From IMG/VR virus record IMGVR_UViG_3300031992_000018, positions 1 to 64,000 of that record: a DNA stretch of 64,000 bases. One strand, given 5' to 3'. A program made the position numbers and the translations under genes. How positions within the stretch are numbered: the first letter of the stretch is position 1; each line of letters begins with the position of its first letter. Of the stretch, positions 61,775-64,000 are shown piece after piece. The notes beneath the pieces were generated by a model that searched no databases, was not told the DNA's origin, and saw nothing but the letters and a program-made list of their open reading frames with translations. The stretch is from a virus (taxonomy: Duplodnaviria; Caudoviricetes).

Positions 61775-62056
61775 ATGAAAAAATTAGTTGATTATATAAA
61801 TGAATCAAAAGGAGATCCTATTGATGAACAATGGATAAATGATGAAAAACCAGTAATGACTAAAGATGGCCGTCAAGCTATTATTAAATCAATAGATATG
61901 GATGAGGTTCCTAATATAATTAAAGGAGCAGTTAAATGGAATGAAGATCTTCTTGATTATGAATGGTTAGATGATGGAACATGTAAGAAGGCTCTTGACC
62001 GTCTTGGAAATCCTAAGAAACCTGATGAAAGTGATAACCTTGTAAAAGCAATTTAA
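61775..62056 (+). CDS. Hypothetical protein with capsid-targeting-like N-terminus
   Basis: MKKLVDYINE; PVMTKDGRQA; late-type motif at 61747. Confidence 0.75.
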   Translation: MKKLVDYINESKGDPIDEQWINDEKPVMTKDGRQAIIKSIDMDEVPNIIKGAVKWNEDLLDYEWLDDGTCKKALDRLGNPKKPDESDNLVKAI

Positions 62057-62059
62057 AAT

Positions 62060-62332
62060 ATGGATATAGATATTAATCAAATTGGTCGCCAAGGATATAA
62101 AATGCTTCAAACAATGCATGTAATTGGTGATAAAGAAAAGAAAGATTTAACTCTTAAAGAAAGAGAAGAAATAATTAAAAATCTTTATGAACATTTAAAT
62201 ATGTCCATAATAAAATGTGGTCAAGATAGAAATCATAAGTATGAATTTTTATCATATTTATATCTTAGTGTGATCCTTTATCTGGATAACTTGGATTTAA
62301 ATAAATTTATAAAACTTTCTACAAAAGACTGA
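62060..62332 (+). CDS. Hypothetical protein
   Basis: ORF. Confidence 0.55.
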   Translation: MDIDINQIGRQGYKMLQTMHVIGDKEKKDLTLKEREEIIKNLYEHLNMSIIKCGQDRNHKYEFLSYLYLSVILYLDNLDLNKFIKLSTKD

Positions 62333-62450
62333 ATTTAATTTTAATATTTTTCTATAATATAAATGTAATTTTAATGTTTATTTGAATTGATATTAACATA
62401 TAAATTAACAAATATCAATTCGTATGTTTAACTTTTAAAAATCAAATTAA

Positions 62451-63530
62451 ATGAAAAATCAAAAATTGATCACTGCTGCAGATGTATGTGATGTTCTTGA
62501 GTCACCTTTTGCAGATGATAAGGAGAGAATTAAATATATCTCTCAGCATTACGGACAGATGACCATTACTAAGGCCTTTTCCGTATATTATGGACTTGAA
62601 ATTGATGATGATAAGAAGTCCAATAAGAATGTCATTAATAATATTGAACTCGGAAAAATTTATACTGGTACTGTCAAGGAGTTCACAAAGAATATTATGA
62701 CATTTGATATTCCTGGTGTAAAGGAGGAGATAATCTGTAAAGAGCCATTTGGCACATGTATGGACAGTATCAGAAATTATCTTCTTACCCATGATAATAA
62801 GCTTATGTTTGAGGTTCGTGAGAAGGAACGTGATAAGTATTATGTAAGTGTTATCAATGCTTACTATAAGGCATGGGAAAATCTTATTAAAAAGGCTATT
62901 GACCATGAAGATGGTATCAATGTTCACATTGATGAGCTTGTAAAGGGTGGTTATGTTTGTCACACAGATATTACAACTCTTACTGAGTTAACAGGTAAAA
63001 AGTATATTTCAAGTGTATTTATTCCTGGTTCTCATATTGTATTGAATATTGAACGTGATTTTGAGAAGTGGATTGGTCAGGATGTAGTTATCGTTCCTCA
63101 AAAGTTTGTAGAATTTAAGAAAGACCTTAAGACAGGTTATACTGAGAATAGTCTTGTTGGTTCAAGAAAGAGAGTTCTCCAGATTCTTGGTACAAAGAAT
63201 ATGTTTGACCTCTGGAATGATCTTGAAACAAAGAAGAAGCTTGCTTCTCTTTCTAATAAGACTGATGTTAAGTCTGATGTTTATGAAGGTACTGTAACAG
63301 GTATTATTAATTCAAACAAGAAGACTGGTATTTTTGTTGAGCTCAATGGAAAGTATATTACAGGTCTTATGCCTATTGATACTTCAGAGCTTCTTGATTA
63401 TCGTCCAGGTGATGAAATCAAGGTTAGAATATCTGAATTTGAAATTCAGGAAGGAAAGGAACCTTTCGTCCTAAATAAGAAAAATCAGATTATTAAGTGT
63501 AATGTCAGACCTGTTTTCGAGGTTGCATAA
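62451..63530 (+). CDS. Ribosomal protein S1-like protein (about three S1/OB domains)
   Basis: GKIYTGTV; KGGY...VFIPGS; VYEGTVTG...GIFVEL..GL....PGDEIKV.I. Confidence 0.75.
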   Translation: MKNQKLITAADVCDVLESPFADDKERIKYISQHYGQMTITKAFSVYYGLEIDDDKKSNKNVINNIELGKIYTGTVKEFTKNIMTFDIPGVKEEIICKEPFGTCMDSIRNYLLTHDNKLMFEVREKERDKYYVSVINAYYKAWENLIKKAIDHEDGINVHIDELVKGGYVCHTDITTLTELTGKKYISSVFIPGSHIVLNIERDFEKWIGQDVVIVPQKFVEFKKDLKTGYTENSLVGSRKRVLQILGTKNMFDLWNDLETKKKLASLSNKTDVKSDVYEGTVTGIINSNKKTGIFVELNGKYITGLMPIDTSELLDYRPGDEIKVRISEFEIQEGKEPFVLNKKNQIIKCNVRPVFEVA

Positions 63531-63532
63531 AA

Positions 63533-63558
63533 AAAGAGAGGTTTTAAAACCTCTCTTT
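63533..63558. terminator. Bidirectional terminator
   Basis: AAAGAGAGGTTT/AAACCTCTCTTT. Confidence 0.75.
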
Positions 63559-63995
63559 TATTTTATAACAGTAATTACACCTGAATAACTATTTGTTCGT
63601 TTATTATATAAAATAGTTCCTTCATAAGGTTTTTCTTCTCCTGTTGATGGATCTAAGTAAGTAAAATATTCTTGTTTACTTTCAATAGGTGGATTATATT
63701 CTAATTTAAATAAATCTCTTTCTGTGTATGTAAAATATACATTACCATCTTCATCTTTCTTTATTGATTCAAAATATCTTATTTCCTTATTTTCATTATT
63801 GATATATGAATAATAAGATAAGTAACCTTTTACTTCTTCAATTTCTGGATGGTATTCAAGTTCTTTATTTAAAGTATTCTTTTCAGAAATAGTAAGTATT
63901 CCATTATATGAATTATTATCAGATATAATTTTACCTACATATTTTTTCTTATTACCATCTTTGTCAATGTAATAAAATTTATCTTTATAAGCCAT
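63558..63995 (-). CDS. Hypothetical protein with three internal repeats
   Basis: FYYID..G..KKY.G / YSYIN....IRY / FTYLD...GEEKPYEG. Confidence 0.6.
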   Translation of the reverse strand: MAYKDKFYYIDKDGNKKKYVGKIISDNNSYNGILTISEKNTLNKELEYHPEIEEVKGYLSYYSYINNENKEIRYFESIKKDEDGNVYFTYTERDLFKLEYNPPIESKQEYFTYLDPSTGEEKPYEGTILYNKRTNSYSGVITVIK

Positions 63996-64000
63996 AGTTA

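Noticed and set aside
1-64000. TAG-to-Gln recoding (code 15) as in Lak megaphages
   Set aside because: Terminase, portal and the giant structural genes are intact under the standard code. TAG is merely rare as a stop. The one case noted (29744) would extend ~23 codons to a TAA at 29675, which is weak evidence.
1-64000. CRISPR array, diversity-generating retroelement, IS element or integrase
   Set aside because: I saw no regularly spaced repeat-spacer units, and no reverse transcriptase, transposase or recombinase motifs.

Overview
A very AT-rich segment of a large T4-like (myovirus/jumbo) phage genome, read with the standard genetic code. The host is probably a Bacteroidota (inference: DUF4494-like gene, A-rich start contexts without Shine-Dalgarno, S1-domain protein). 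Contents in order: a GOLLD-like large ncRNA, tRNA-Thr(UGU) and a further small structured RNA candidate; a restriction-modification-like cluster (1331-aa nuclease/SF2-helicase/MTase, small MTase, two PD-(D/E)XK-like nucleases); accessory genes; a packaging/head block (terminase large subunit, portal, spike, GT2); TelA; a ~550-nt non-coding structured region; the N-terminal half of a split family B DNA polymerase; two converging tail/baseplate operons with four paralogous fibre-like proteins; and a DEDDh exonuclease, YqeY and ribosomal S1-like gene. The most striking unannotated pattern is a shared 10-residue N-terminal tag (M-x-x-[ILM]-x-x-[YF]-[IL]-x-E) on at least ten unrelated proteins, including the R-M-like enzyme. 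It matches the T4 capsid-targeting sequence, suggesting a large virion-packaged, co-injected protein cargo. Two recurrent promoter-like motifs separate early-type and late-type genes. All calls come from reading motifs by eye; no database search was run.
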